From Spirochaetia bacterium (GTDB lineage Bacteria > Spirochaetota > Spirochaetia > SZUA-6 > Bin103), in the NCBI GenBank assembly GCA_965198005.1, contig CBDAOI010000004.1, positions 2,048,214 to 2,112,213 on the forward strand: 64,000 bases of DNA, given 5' to 3'. Each line of letters begins with the position of its first letter. The first letter of the stretch is position 1. Position numbers and translations under genes: made by a program. The notes below the pieces were generated by a model. That model was not told where the DNA came from, searched no databases, and saw nothing but the letters and a program-made list of their open reading frames with translations. Of the stretch, positions 1 to 10,100 are shown in pieces.

Positions 1-196
1 CCTGGCGCGAAGCGTAGCTGATCGACCCGCCGTAGCGCGGCGCGAGAATCATCTCACCGGTGGTGGGATCGCGTACCATCTCCCGATCCGCCGCCGCTGC
101 CGGCTCCTCCTCGTCTGCGCCAGTGGCCCAGAGGCCGGTCGCGGTCAGAACTAGGACCAACGCAATCGCGAAGGTCCTTGCAAAAAATATCCTCAT
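1..196 (-). CDS. N-terminus of a secreted protein, probably a peptide/nickel ABC transporter substrate-binding protein; runs off the window
   Basis: Not in the ORF track. Minus-strand translation from ATG at 196 gives MRIFFARTFAIALVLVLTATGLWATGADEEEPAAAADREMVRDPTTGEMILAPRYGGSISYASR: signal peptide, acidic linker, then a PRYGG motif typical of family-5 solute-binding proteins. AAGGA SD upstream. Confidence 0.65.
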   Translation of the reverse strand, partial: MRIFFARTFAIALVLVLTATGLWATGADEEEPAAAADREMVRDPTTGEMILAPRYGGSISYASRQ

Positions 197-262
197 CGTT
201 TCTTCCTTGAATGTTATCTTGAGAGTATTGCGTAGCGGATTGCCGCTCCCTGGCTACTCTGA

Positions 263-297
263 CGCCCGCAACGCGGGCGCGCCCGCCAACGCGGGCG
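263..297. repeat. Two adjacent GC-rich palindromes
   Basis: cgcccgc-aac-gcgggcg (263-279) directly followed by cgcccgc-caac-gcgggcg (280-297), in the 5' region of the ABC gene. Confidence 0.7.
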
Positions 298-358
298 ACC
301 AGTCTGAGTCAAATTCACTAAAAGCGCGCGGCGTGTGACTCAACGGGTTCACCCCGGC

Positions 359-394
359 TCACGCCGCGCGCGCGTGCGGTTCTTTGAGTATCAT
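359..394 (-). CDS. Possible 11-aa upstream ORF (MILKEPHARAA)
   Basis: AAGGAGG Shine-Dalgarno (complement of 400-406) 5 nt before ATG at 394; TGA at 359. No other support. Confidence 0.3.
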   Translation of the reverse strand: MILKEPHARAA

Positions 395-686
395 TCGAAC
401 CTCCTTCTTCTCTAGATTTACGTCGGGATCTGCGTTACAACGCCACGCGTGGCGGTGGTCTGAGCAGCAGTGAGTCTGAATGGCCGCCAACGCAGGCGGT
501 GGGTTTTGCGCGCAGTTAGTCGCGGGCGGGGATCCGGGACGGTTGCGGTCGCCTGGAAGGACGCGGGCGGCCAGCATGCCGGTTCGGCGATGGACCGAGC
601 GGGCGCCACCGATAGCTACGGCGGTGGTGAAGGCGACGGTGTGCGCGGGGTCGCGTACGGGGCGATCAGCCCGAGCGGTTAGTTGT

Positions 687-744
687 TTCTCGGTTTGAAA
701 AAGTGGGGGGGTATGATGCACCGGTCGCGTCACAGCGAACCGGT
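687..744 (+). repeat. Left flanking direct repeat of the tandem array
   Basis: ttctcggt...agtgggggggtatgatgcaccggtcgcgtcacagcgaaccggt aligns with 1615-1674 ttctcggt...agtggtggtggtaggatgcaccggctacgttaccgctaaccggt. Confidence 0.7.
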
Positions 745-1610
745 CACTGCGCTGCCTGTCATCGTGACGCTTCATGACCATCCGTCGAACCCCAAGTGAG
801 GCACGCTAGCATAGGCGCGGCGCGCCGTCAACGACTCGTGGGGGTCACCGGGGTGAGCGAAGGTCACCGGCAACCCGTCACTGCGCTGACTGTCATCATG
901 GCGCTTCATCGGCATCCGTCGCCCCAGGCCAGGCATGATAGCGTGGGCGCGACCACCCTTTCAACCACTCGGAGGTCACCGAACATGACCGGCCACCGGC
1001 CACTGCGCTGACTGTCGTCATGGCGCTTCATCTCCGATCCGTCCGACCCCAGGCGAGGCAAGCTTGCTATGGACGCGACCACCCGGTCAACCACTCGGAA
1101 CTCACCAAACGTGAGCGCCAACCGGTCACTGCGCTGACTGTCATCATGGCGCTTCATCGGCATCCGTCGACCCCAAGCCAGGCATGATAGCGTGGGCGCG
1201 GCGCACTGTCAACGACTCGGAGCTCACCAAACGTGACCGCCAACCGGCCACTGCGCTGACTGTCATCATGGCGTTTCATCACCGTTCCATCGGACCCCAA
1301 GCGAAGCAAGCTTGCTCTGGACGCGGCCACCCTGTCAACGACTCGGACGTCACCGACCGTGACCGCCAACCGGTCACTGCGCTGACTGTCGTCATGGCGC
1401 GTCATCATCGATCGGTCGAACCCCAAGCGAGGCAAGCATGCTATGGACGCGACCAGCCTGTCAACGACTCGGAGGTGACCGACCCTGACCGCCAGCCGGT
1501 CACTGCGCTGACTGTCATCACGGCGCTTCATCATCGATCCGTCGAACCCCAGACGAGGCAAGCTTGCTATGGACGCGGCCATCCTGTCAACGACTCGGAC
1601 GTCATCGGCA
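745..1610. repeat. Tandem array of seven diverged 122-134 bp units, probably non-coding
   Basis: Anchor cactgcgctg at 745, 879, 1001, 1127, 1249, 1375, 1501 (periods 134, 122, 126, 122, 126, 126). Shared blocks: ctgactgtcatcatggcgcttcatc, cccc(a/ag)gcgaggca, tcaac(g/c)actcgg, gtgacc...ggtcac. Confidence 0.92.
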
Positions 1611-1614
1611 GCAG

Positions 1615-1674
1615 TTCTCGGTGAACGGGTAGTGGTGGTGGTAGGATGCACCGGCTACGTTACCGCTAACCGGT
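1615..1674 (+). repeat. Right flanking direct repeat of the tandem array
   Basis: Matches 687-744; core ggta(t/g)gatgcaccgg...cgt.ac.gc.aaccggt has the same 35-nt length in both copies (710-744 and 1640-1674). Confidence 0.7.
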
Positions 1675-2273
1675 GGGAGCGCTGGGACGTGTCGTCACGC
1701 ATCGCGGTGCCCGTGAGAACGCAGTCTGCCGCACGCGCGGCAAACAGTCAAGCGGGCATTCAGGTGCCCCCGCCAGCCGGTGGGAACTCTCCCACACGAT
1801 CGCCTCATGCCTCGCTCCGCTCCGCGGCCAGCCACTCACCGAGACTAACAGCACAATGAGGGTTGTAAGGCTTATTCCGGCGGTTGTCAACCTAAATTCG
1901 GTGACGTGGATGGGACCCGTTCGGCATCTGCTTCCCTCGCGCCCCCTTCCGTAGAGCTATCTGCTTACTCTGTCATAAAATACCGAACACTGCCCGCGTC
2001 CCTTCATCCCCAAGAATAGTTCAGTCGATTGCCCTGCGAGGGGTCGGAGGTGGCGGTGGGCGACCCGGCACAGGCAGCGTCGTGTGCTCAGCTGGCAGGG
2101 CGCGCCGGCTGACCCACACCGGAGCCCAGGGTGGAGCCGTGCACCAAGCGCCTGCTGGCGGCGCAGGGAGCACACCAGCCCCCCGGCCAGGTCTCCCGGC
2201 GCGGTTACCCGGACGCGGTATGCGCGGTACCCGGTCCGACGCAGGCACTAATCAGGGATGATAACGTTCAGCG

Positions 2274-3540
2274 CTACCCGGACAGCGGCTGCGGCGGCGA
2301 GTTCATCCGCACCAGCACCTGGTCCCACGACGGGAACAGGAATAGCCGAAACGTGGCGCGGACCGCGCCCCAGAACTCCCGGCGCGACCCGAACCCAGCC
2401 CGCACCTGCTGATACAGACCGTCCACCAGCTCGAATATCCGGTGCATGAAATAGGCCAGCAGATTGAGCACGAAGAACGCCTCCGACAAGTACTTGTCAC
2501 CGTGGCCGAAGTTGTGCTCCAGGTGGTAGCCCTGGTTCTTCAGCGTATCGAACCCCTCGTTCTCGATCTTCCAGCGTGCTCGTCCCGCACGCACGATCCG
2601 CGCTACGCTGCCAGCGGTGGGCACCAAGTCGGTCACCCAGGCGTTGTGACAGGTGGTCGTGCCGGCCCGTACGATGCGGTAGTGCACGAAGTTGATCTTG
2701 GGACTGCGGGGCTTGCCGTTCAGCGGCACCCCGGTAACCCACTCGTATTCATGCCGGTCCCCGGTCGCGTCGATGGTGCCGCAGTGGTCCAGCAGCCGAC
2801 CGCGGCGCAGCCCTTCGATATCCTGGTACAGGCTGGTGTGATCCTCCGGCTTGGCCACCAGCAGAAACGAGAAGCGGGCGGCGCGTACCTGTTCGATGAA
2901 CGGTTGCTTGGAGTACGGACTATCGGCGACGATCACCGCAGCCAGCCGGGGATGGTCGTTACGGATGCGCTGCAAGGCACGGTAGCCGGCTTTTATTTCA
3001 CAGTCCTGCTTGCGGCGTTTGGCATTCTTGGCGCCAGAGTCATCGGCGTTGTGAATGAACCCGGGAGCCAACGGCAGCACCTGCCGCTACGCACGATGTC
3101 GGGGTGGACGATGGCGGTCTGCAGGATGTCGTGGTGGTAGCGTACGGTGCCGTTCTTGGTGGCGGTCAGACAGCACTCACAGTTCACCTTGTACGAGCTG
3201 AAGTACTGGGAGCCGTCCATGGTGATGAGATAGCGACCGTCGAGGAACTGATAGTGCTGCAGCCATTTGGCGTCCTGCATGCGCCCTATCCAGTCGCCGA
3301 AGCAGTCGAGCAGCGGTTCATAGTCATGGCTGTCGAGCAGATCGCGGAACTGGGAGTCGGCAGGGATCTGAGCGACCCCAAACGTAGCGTTGAGCTTGTT
3401 GGTGCGGAGTTGGTCCTGGAAGCGGCGTTGGAACTCCAGCACGGAAGGGTCTTGGAGGAAAAACAAGGCGAAAGCACACACGTAGCAATCCTGCAGGGAG
3501 TACCGGACCTTGCTGTTTCCAGCCAGCCGCCGTTTCCAAA
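2274..3540 (-). pseudogene. ISNCY-type (IS4-like DDE) transposase, frameshifted
   Basis: Split over ORFs 2993-3481 and 2274-3080. Motifs KVRYSLQDC..AFALFFLQDPS, ITMDGSQYFSS, KQDCEIKA, RARWKIENEGFDTLKNQGYHLEHNFGHG. Frame break near 3089-3096. 5' limit uncertain; no start codon found. Confidence 0.8.
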
Positions 3541-3627
3541 CCGTGCCAAGCAGGGTTGCCAGCGCGTGCCAGCCTGTGATGCTGGTGTCCGCCAGCGGCG
3601 AACGCCAGCGGTGCCGGCTGTCGCGGT

Positions 3628-4389
3628 TTAGTCGTGGAGTTCATCGGCAACGATGTTGGTGGAGTCGATGATGCTGATGTCGTTGGCGACGGCGTGCAGG
3701 ATGGAGCGATAGCAGACGGCGTTGACCAAGCGCGGCACACCACCGGCGTGGCGGTGAATGTCAGCTTTGGCATCATCGGCGAAGATCGAGGCAGGGCGGC
3801 CACAGCGGACGGTGTGGTGGTCGATGTAGCGACAGGTCTCCTCCAGAGAGCCATGGCCGGCATGTGATAGGAGATACGGATGCGCTGGCGCAAGGAAGCG
3901 AAGGAAACATATCTGAGCAACTCGCGCAGCTCGGGTTGGCCGGCGAGGACGAAGGTGATGGAGTTTTTGGTGTCGAAGGCGAAGTTGACCATGTTCTTGA
4001 TGGCCGTCAGGGCGGTGGCCGCAAGGTCCTGAGCATCGTCGAGGATGACTAGTGGTTTCTTGGTCAGCTCGGGGATGGTCTTGAAGAACAGCTGCTTGGC
4101 CTGGCCGGCGAAGAACGGCGGATCGATCTTCAACTCATCGAGGATTGCCTTGTAGAGCTGGGCTTCCGAGAGGCCGGCGCCGCGGACGTAGAGGGGGCGG
4201 TAGCGGTTGCCGTCGAGTTCGCTGACGAAGGCGGCGAGGGCGACCGACTTGCCGCAACCGATGGGGCCGGTGAGGAGCAGGAGATCCTCGTCGGCGACGC
4301 CGAAGGAGAGGCGGGAGAGCGCCTCCTGATGGGCGGTGGAGGGGAACGTGTCGGCGGGCTGGAACGGTGCTTGCCGAGGACGTGATCAT
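3628..4389 (-). pseudogene. ExeA-like AAA ATPase (IstB/TnsC-type transposition helper), two frameshifts
   Basis: Reconstructed: ...PFQPADTFPSTAHQEALSRL...LLLTGPIGCGKS (Walker A)...PLVILDDAQDL (Walker B)...FVLAGQPEL...LRQRI; then in another frame LEETCRYIDHH...GGVPRLVNAVC...DELHD-stop at 3628. Frame breaks near 4365 and 3846-3850. Confidence 0.8.
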
Positions 4390-5462
4390 GCATCTGCATC
4401 GTGGTGCTCCTTGGGGGTAGTGCGGAACTGGCTGAACGAAGTCTGGTTACGGTCGCGAAGCCGGGCGTGGTGCTGCTCGCGCAGGCGGGTGAAGTAGTCC
4501 CGGGCGGCGGCCGACACCTCAGGCGGCTTGGCGCGGGACTCCTCGGGGACCGCCGGCACCTGTGTGGTGACCTGTTTGGAGGCGCTGGTGGTCTCCAGCA
4601 GGCCGCCGCCGGGGTCGTAGATGGCAAGCTGGGCGAGGTCGTAGGGGTCGAAGCGGACCTCGACGACGCTGCCATGGGGGACGCTGGTGACGGGGTATTG
4701 GTTGCCGTGCAGCTTGATCCTGCCATACTTGGTGACGGTGCGCCGTTCGCGCCACAGGAACAGGGCGTTGAAGGTCTCCAGATCGGTGATCCGGCGGTGG
4801 TCGGCGGGCAGCCCGTCGCGGAAACGAGCATCGGGACTCTGGCCGGTGGCTGAGTGGACGCGAACGTTGTATTCGAGATCCATCCAGGCCCAGAAGGCGG
4901 AGTTCAGTTCATCGAGGGTACGCATCCCGGCGACTTGGGCCTCGCGTTGGAACTGGTTCTTGATGATCTTGTTGGCGGCCTCGACCTTGCCCTTGCAATA
5001 ACTGCGCGAGTCTTCAGCGAGCATGCGGTAGCGGACCGCCTGGGTGAGGCCCTGCTCGGCCAGGAAGCGGTAGATGGTGCGATCTGAGATGCGTTTGATC
5101 TTGCTGCCCAACTGATCGTCGGTGGCGAGCAGCTTGCGCAGTTGGGGGACGCTCCTGGTGGGCAGCTCGTTGACCAGCGCGAGGAGCTTGGCGCGCAGCC
5201 CAGGATCGTGGACGCGCGGCGAGGTGGGCCGCGGCCGGTAGAACAGCAGCCCCCGGGGGCCCTTCTTGCGATAGCGGTGGAGGTAGCCTCTGATGGTGCG
5301 CTCCCCAACCCGATGCTGCTCGCAGTAGCGCCGGCGTTCCGCGCGTTTGTCGGCGTTCCCGATGTGCGGGTCGAGCAGCATCTCGACCAAGCGCAGGCGT
5401 TCGTCAAATGCCTCCATGGCCGCGTCCGGGATCTGCTCCCAAGGGAAGTCGCCGAGGCTCAT
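4386..5462 (-). pseudogene. Mu/IstA-like DDE transposase with an in-frame internal deletion
   Basis: N-terminal HTH region (GERTIRGYLHRYRKKG, ISDRTIYRFL) joins directly to the third-acidic-residue motif (KGKVEAANK). EYNVRVHSATGQSP and the Mu-transposase C-terminal domain (RTVTKYGRIKLHGNQY...VEVRFDPYDL) follow. ATGA overlaps with both neighbours. Confidence 0.78.
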
Positions 5463-6052
5463 TCGAGGTCCTCGCGCTCGCCGACGACGGCCCGCCGGCA
5501 CAGCCAATCGCGGTACTCGCTGGTGAGCTCGTCGAGGGACAGGCGCGGCTGCTCAGCGTACAGCTCACGCAGGCGCTCGACCTCCTCGGCGAGCTTCTGC
5601 AGCAGCACCTCGCCGGCTACCTCCAGGTGGTGTGAATCGAGCGGCTGCCACGGCTCGGGAGTGAGGAACAACTCCAGCACCCAGTCACAGAGAAACTGCA
5701 ACCGGTCGCCGATCAGCTGCAGCAGCTGGGAGAGTTCATCGAACCCGCCCAGCACGCACTGGGGAGCATCGATGAGCTGGCTCAGAATGTTCTCCCGCAC
5801 CAGCGCCGCCTGGCGGCTGAAGATCGACCCCCGAGTGTGGTCGGCGTGCAGCAACGCCGTCGCATCGCTGCTGCGGTAGCCAGCCAGGGCACGCCACAGA
5901 TCGCGCTCATCGGCGCTCCTGCGCCGGCAATGCTCCAGCAACCAGTCGCGGCGGCGTGGCGGTGGCGTCGGTTCGGTCAAGATCCGATGAAAGAGCAGCA
6001 GCAGCTCTTCCAGCTGCGCCAAACGGTCGGGGGAAACCAGTAGTTGATCCAC
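5459..6052 (-). CDS. Hypothetical alpha-helical protein of the transposon
   Basis: Intact ORF (track 5459-6091). GGAGG SD favours GTG at 6052. Stop overlaps the transposase start (ATGA). Confidence 0.6.
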   Translation of the reverse strand: MDQLLVSPDRLAQLEELLLLFHRILTEPTPPPRRRDWLLEHCRRRSADERDLWRALAGYRSSDATALLHADHTRGSIFSRQAALVRENILSQLIDAPQCVLGGFDELSQLLQLIGDRLQFLCDWVLELFLTPEPWQPLDSHHLEVAGEVLLQKLAEEVERLRELYAEQPRLSLDELTSEYRDWLCRRAVVGEREDLE

Positions 6053-6077
6053 TTTGATGCCTCCTGTGGGTGGATGC

Positions 6078-6749
6078 TTAAGTGGTATCAAACCAACAGC
6101 CGCCTCGAAATACTAGACTCAATGGAATCGGCGGGGGGCTCCGGGCGCGCTCCGCGACGTAGGCGAGGTGAACGCAGCCGATAACGGTGAACGCTACGGT
6201 GATACCGAGCGCGGCCTGTCTGGCCTTCTCCAGCGCGGCCACTGAGCGCCGCAACTGCGCCAGCGCATCTTCGCCCACGCGCACCGGTGGCAAGGCGGTG
6301 AACGGCGCCAGCTCGGCCACCCACTCGTTCACCTCCAGCAGCATCGCTGCGATGGTGTCGTCCACCCACAGCAGATGACGCGCTATGGTGCGCTCACAGG
6401 CGCTGCCGATCACCGCGTAGCCGTGGGCACGCGCGCTGCCGGCCGTGGGGTGCTTCTTCCGCAGCTCGAGCACCAGGTCGAGCCTGATGTTGCACTCGGG
6501 AATCACAAACCACGGCAGCATGCGTTTGGTGTACTGGGCGCCCGCTTCCCGCGCCCGCTCACAGATGATCACCACGATCAGGTGTTGGTGATTACTGCCG
6601 TCGGTGCACCGCACCAGGCGTTTGCAGTAGCAATGAATCACCACCGCATGGCTCTCCCCGCACAGCACGCAGGGACGCTTGCCGCCTTCTCTGATCAGGG
6701 ATTGGCGGTAGGCTTGAAAGTCGAAGCCGTCTAGTTCAGGATGATCCAG
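6078..6749 (-). CDS. DUF6431-like zinc-finger protein; 5' end damaged or non-canonical start
   Basis: CVLCGESH...IHCYCKRLVR...LIVVIICE...KRMLPWFVIP resembles the CxxC..H...R..C...LP.FL.P pattern of DUF6431 proteins that precede DDE integrase-ExeA pairs. Frame is open to 6749 and closed by an in-frame TAA just upstream. Confidence 0.5.
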   Translation of the reverse strand: MDHPELDGFDFQAYRQSLIREGGKRPCVLCGESHAVVIHCYCKRLVRCTDGSNHQHLIVVIICERAREAGAQYTKRMLPWFVIPECNIRLDLVLELRKKHPTAGSARAHGYAVIGSACERTIARHLLWVDDTIAAMLLEVNEWVAELAPFTALPPVRVGEDALAQLRRSVAALEKARQAALGITVAFTVIGCVHLAYVAERARSPPPIPLSLVFRGGCWFDTT

Positions 6750-7094
6750 CTTTTAGGTGGGGGTCACCGTTGTACCCGGAGTAAGTACTGGCGGTGGCCC
6801 CTATCTTTTTTCGTGATCTCCGGAACGCTTCCCGGACGAACCTATCCTACCCCCACTGGCGGATTTGTCCACATCTCGGAAATCTCACCTGGCGGGCAAC
6901 ACGCCTTGAAGGCATCGCGCGTTTCGAACACGCGAGCGTGGATCGCTGCCGGGTCGTGACCGCGGCGCCAAGGCTCTGACACTAGAAGCCTATCCCAGCC
7001 TACCACTACCACCGCCGCGTTGCCCGGCAGACTGACGCCCCGTCACCCGCGAATCAGCGACGCCGCCACGCGGCGTCCGCACTCAGCGTCGGTC

Positions 7095-7103
7095 TGCTAT
7101 CAT
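7095..7103 (+). promoter_or_regulatory. Extended -10 element (TGcTATCAT), probable leaderless transcript for the helicase
   Basis: TG at 7095-7096, TATCAT at 7098-7103, GTG start at 7110, no SD sequence. Confidence 0.45.
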
Positions 7104-7109
7104 CACCGA

Positions 7110-10100
7110 GTGAAGCTGGAAGACCTGCAGGCCACCGCCACCGTGCGCGGCATCCTGGCCGATGCCGCGGTGAGCGTCGTCAGCGTGCGCTGGTTCGGGT
7201 CGCAGGCGCTGGAGCTGACCTACCGCACGGCGGGTGGCGAGCTGGGCAGCGAGATCCTCTACCGCGATGACGAAGCCCGGCTGGAGATCGCCGAGCAGGG
7301 GCGCCCGTGGAGCTTCGATGGGGACGGGGAGCTGTTTCGGCTGGTGTCCGAGGCGCTGCGGATTCGCCTCGCGCACCTGTTCGATCCGGCGTTGGCGGTG
7401 CACACGTCGCTGGTGGAGCCGCTTCCCCACCAGATCACCGCGGTCTACGAGGCGATGCTGCCGCGCCAGCCGCTGCGCTTTCTGCTGGCCGACGATCCCG
7501 GCGCCGGTAAGACGATCATGGCCGGCCTGCTCATGAAGGAGCTGATTGCGCGCGGCGACCTGCAGCGCTGCCTGGTGGTGTGCCCCGGCAGCCTGGCGGA
7601 GCAGTGGCAGGATGAGCTGTACCGCCGTTTCCATCTGAACTTCGAGATCTTCACCAACGACAAGCTGGCCGCCGCCCGCACCGGCAACTGGTTCCTGGAA
7701 GCCGACCTGGTGATCGCCCGCCTGGACAAGCTCGCGCGCGACGCCGAGCTGCAGGACAAGCTCCAGGCGCCCGACTGTCGCTGGGACCTGATCGTCTGCG
7801 ACGAGGCGCACAAGATGGCGGCCACCTTCACCGGCGGTGAGGTCAAGTACACCAAGCGCTACCGCCTGGGCCAACTGCTCGGACGCCTGACGCGCCACTT
7901 CCTGCTGCTCACCGCCACCCCGCACAACGGCAAGGAGGAGGACTTCCAACTGTTCATGGCGCTGCTGGACGGCGACCGCTTCGAGGGACGGTTCCGCGAC
8001 GGCGTCCACGTGGTGGATGTCTCCGACCTGATGCGGCGCATGGTGAAGGAGCGCCTGCTCAAGTTCGACGGCACGCCGCTGTTCCCCGAGCGCGTGGCCC
8101 ACACCATCCCCTATCAACTCTCCACCGTAGAGGCGCACCTGTATCGGGCGGTCACCAGCTACGTGCGCGAGGAGTTCAACCGCGCTGAGGCGCTGGACAA
8201 CAACAAGCGGGCGGGTACGGTGGGATTCGCCCTGACGCTGCTGCAGCGCCGCCTCGCCTCGTCACCGGAGGCGATTTACCAGTCGCTACGGCGGCGGCGG
8301 CAGCGGCTGGAGAGTCGCCTGCGCGAGCTGGAACTGTTGCGTCGTGGTGATCAGGCGGCGGCTCGTGTCGCGCTGCCGCCCGGCGTCGAGTTGGACCCGG
8401 ATGACATCGACGATCTGGAAGACGCGCCCGCCGGCGAGTGGGAGGAGACGGCCCAGCAGATCCTCGACCAGGCGACTGCGGCGCGCTCCAGTGCCGAGCT
8501 GAGAGCCGAGATCCGGACCCTGCGCCACGTCGAGCAGGTGGCGCTCGGCGTGCGGCGCAGCGGCAACGATGCCAAGTGGCGCGAGCTCGCGGGGCTCCTG
8601 GGCGAGATTTTCTCGCGTCGCGCCACGGGGCAGGCGGCGGCACCCGGGCACGGCCGCAAGCTGGTGATCTTCACCGAACACCGCGACACCCTCGACTATC
8701 TGCGCGGCCGTATCGCCACGGTACAGGGACGTGACCAAGCGGTGGTGGTGATCCACGGCGGCATGGGCCGCGAGGAGCGGATGAAAGCGCAGGAGGCGTT
8801 CCTGCACAACCGCGACGTGCAGATCCTGCTGGCTACCGACGCGGCGGGCGAGGGGATCAACCTGCAGCGCGCCCATCTGATGGTGAACTACGACCTGCCG
8901 TGGAACCCGAACCGGCTCGAACAGCGTTTCGGCCGCATCCACCGCATCGGTCAAACCGAGGTGTGTCACCTGTGGAACCTGGTGGCGGATGAGACCCGCG
9001 AAGGCGATGTCTACCGGCGGCTGCTGGACAAGCTGGAGCAGGCGCGCCAGACCCTCGGCGGCCAGGTGTTCGACGTACTCGGCAAGCTGCAGTTCGGCGG
9101 CCGGCCGCTGCGCGACCTGCTGCTGGAGGCGATCCGTTATGGCGAGCAGCCGTCGGTCCGCGCGCGGCTCACCACTGCCCTGGAGCACGCCCTCGACCGC
9201 GCCGCGCTACGGGACCTGCTGGAGGACCAAGCCCTGGCACCGGACGCCATGGACGCCACCCGCGTGCAGCGGGTGCGGGAGGAGCTGGAGCGCGCCGCGG
9301 CCCGGCGGCTGCAACCTCACTACGTCGAGTCGTTCTTCCGTGCGGCGTTTGCGCGCCTGGGCGGCTCGATTGGCCGGCGCGAGCCGCGCCGCTACGAGAT
9401 CACCCACGTGCCCGGCGCGGTGCGCAATCGCGACCGGCTGATCGGTGTCGGCGAGCCGGTGTCGGCCCGCTATGAGCGCATCGCCTTCGACAAGGCTCTG
9501 GTGTCCCTGCCCGGCAAGCCGCAGGCAGCGTTCGTGTGCCCGGGCCACCCGCTGCTCGACGCGGTGCTCGACCTGACGCTGGAACGCCAGCGCGATCTGC
9601 TGAAACGGGGCACCGTGCTGGTCGACGAGGGTGACACGAGGTCTGCCCCGCGCGTGTTGTTCTACCTCGAACACGCCATCCAGGACGCGAGCCGGACGCG
9701 CACCGGCGAGCGGCGCGTGGTATCGAAACGCCTGCTCTATGTCGAGCTGGCGGAGTCCGGCGCGCCGTGCCACCTGCACTATGCGCCCTACCTCGACTAT
9801 CGGCCGCTGACTCCCGAGGAACCGGCGGTTGCGGCAGTCATGGAGCGGCCCGAGTGTGCCTGGATCACCGGCGACCTGGAGCAGCGCGCCCTTGAACACG
9901 CCGTGACCGACGTCGTCCCCGAACACCTCGACGAAGTCCGCAACGCCAAGCTGGGACTCATCGCCAAGACCGAGGCCGCGGTAAAGGAGCGGCTCACCAA
10001 GGAGATCGCGTATTGGGATCATCGTGCCGCGCAGCTCCAGCTCCAGGAGCAGGCGGGTCGCACCGGCGCCCGGCTGGTCTCCGGCGAGGCGCGCCGCCGC

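Larger units (their letters stand above)
3628..6901 (-). mobile_element. Decayed four-gene transposon (Zn-finger, hypothetical, DDE transposase, ExeA-like ATPase)
   Basis: Four co-oriented genes. The candidate right end reads TGTTG on the minus strand from 6901, with three CTGGCGG repeats at 6788, 6856 and 6889. Inverted CCGCCAG/ACGCCAG copies at 3589 and 3602. Confidence 0.6.

Noticed and set aside
826-1600. GTCAAC(G/C)AC motif in each unit recalling IscB/IS200-605 or IS21 ends
   Set aside because: No IscB, TnpB or TnpA gene nearby, no matching terminal hairpin, and the motif is internal to tandem units.
745-1610. CRISPR array
   Set aside because: Units are similar along their whole length, with no constant 25-45 bp repeat alternating with unique spacers, and no cas genes in the window.
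796-1651. Repeat-protein ORFs over the array (e.g. 1154-1651, 1184-1624, 906-1163)
   Set aside because: The 122- and 134-bp periods break frame and inter-unit changes are mostly non-synonymous on both strands; treated as by-products of the DNA repeat.
1957-2260. Short ORFs between the array and the ISNCY element
   Set aside because: No recognisable motifs, SD or consistent frame.
1635-6857. GTGG.GGTAGGAT at 1635-1648 and its inverted counterpart at 6844-6857 as terminal inverted repeats of a composite element
   Set aside because: The match is short and G-rich, the left copy is better explained as part of the array's direct repeat, and no target-site duplication is evident.
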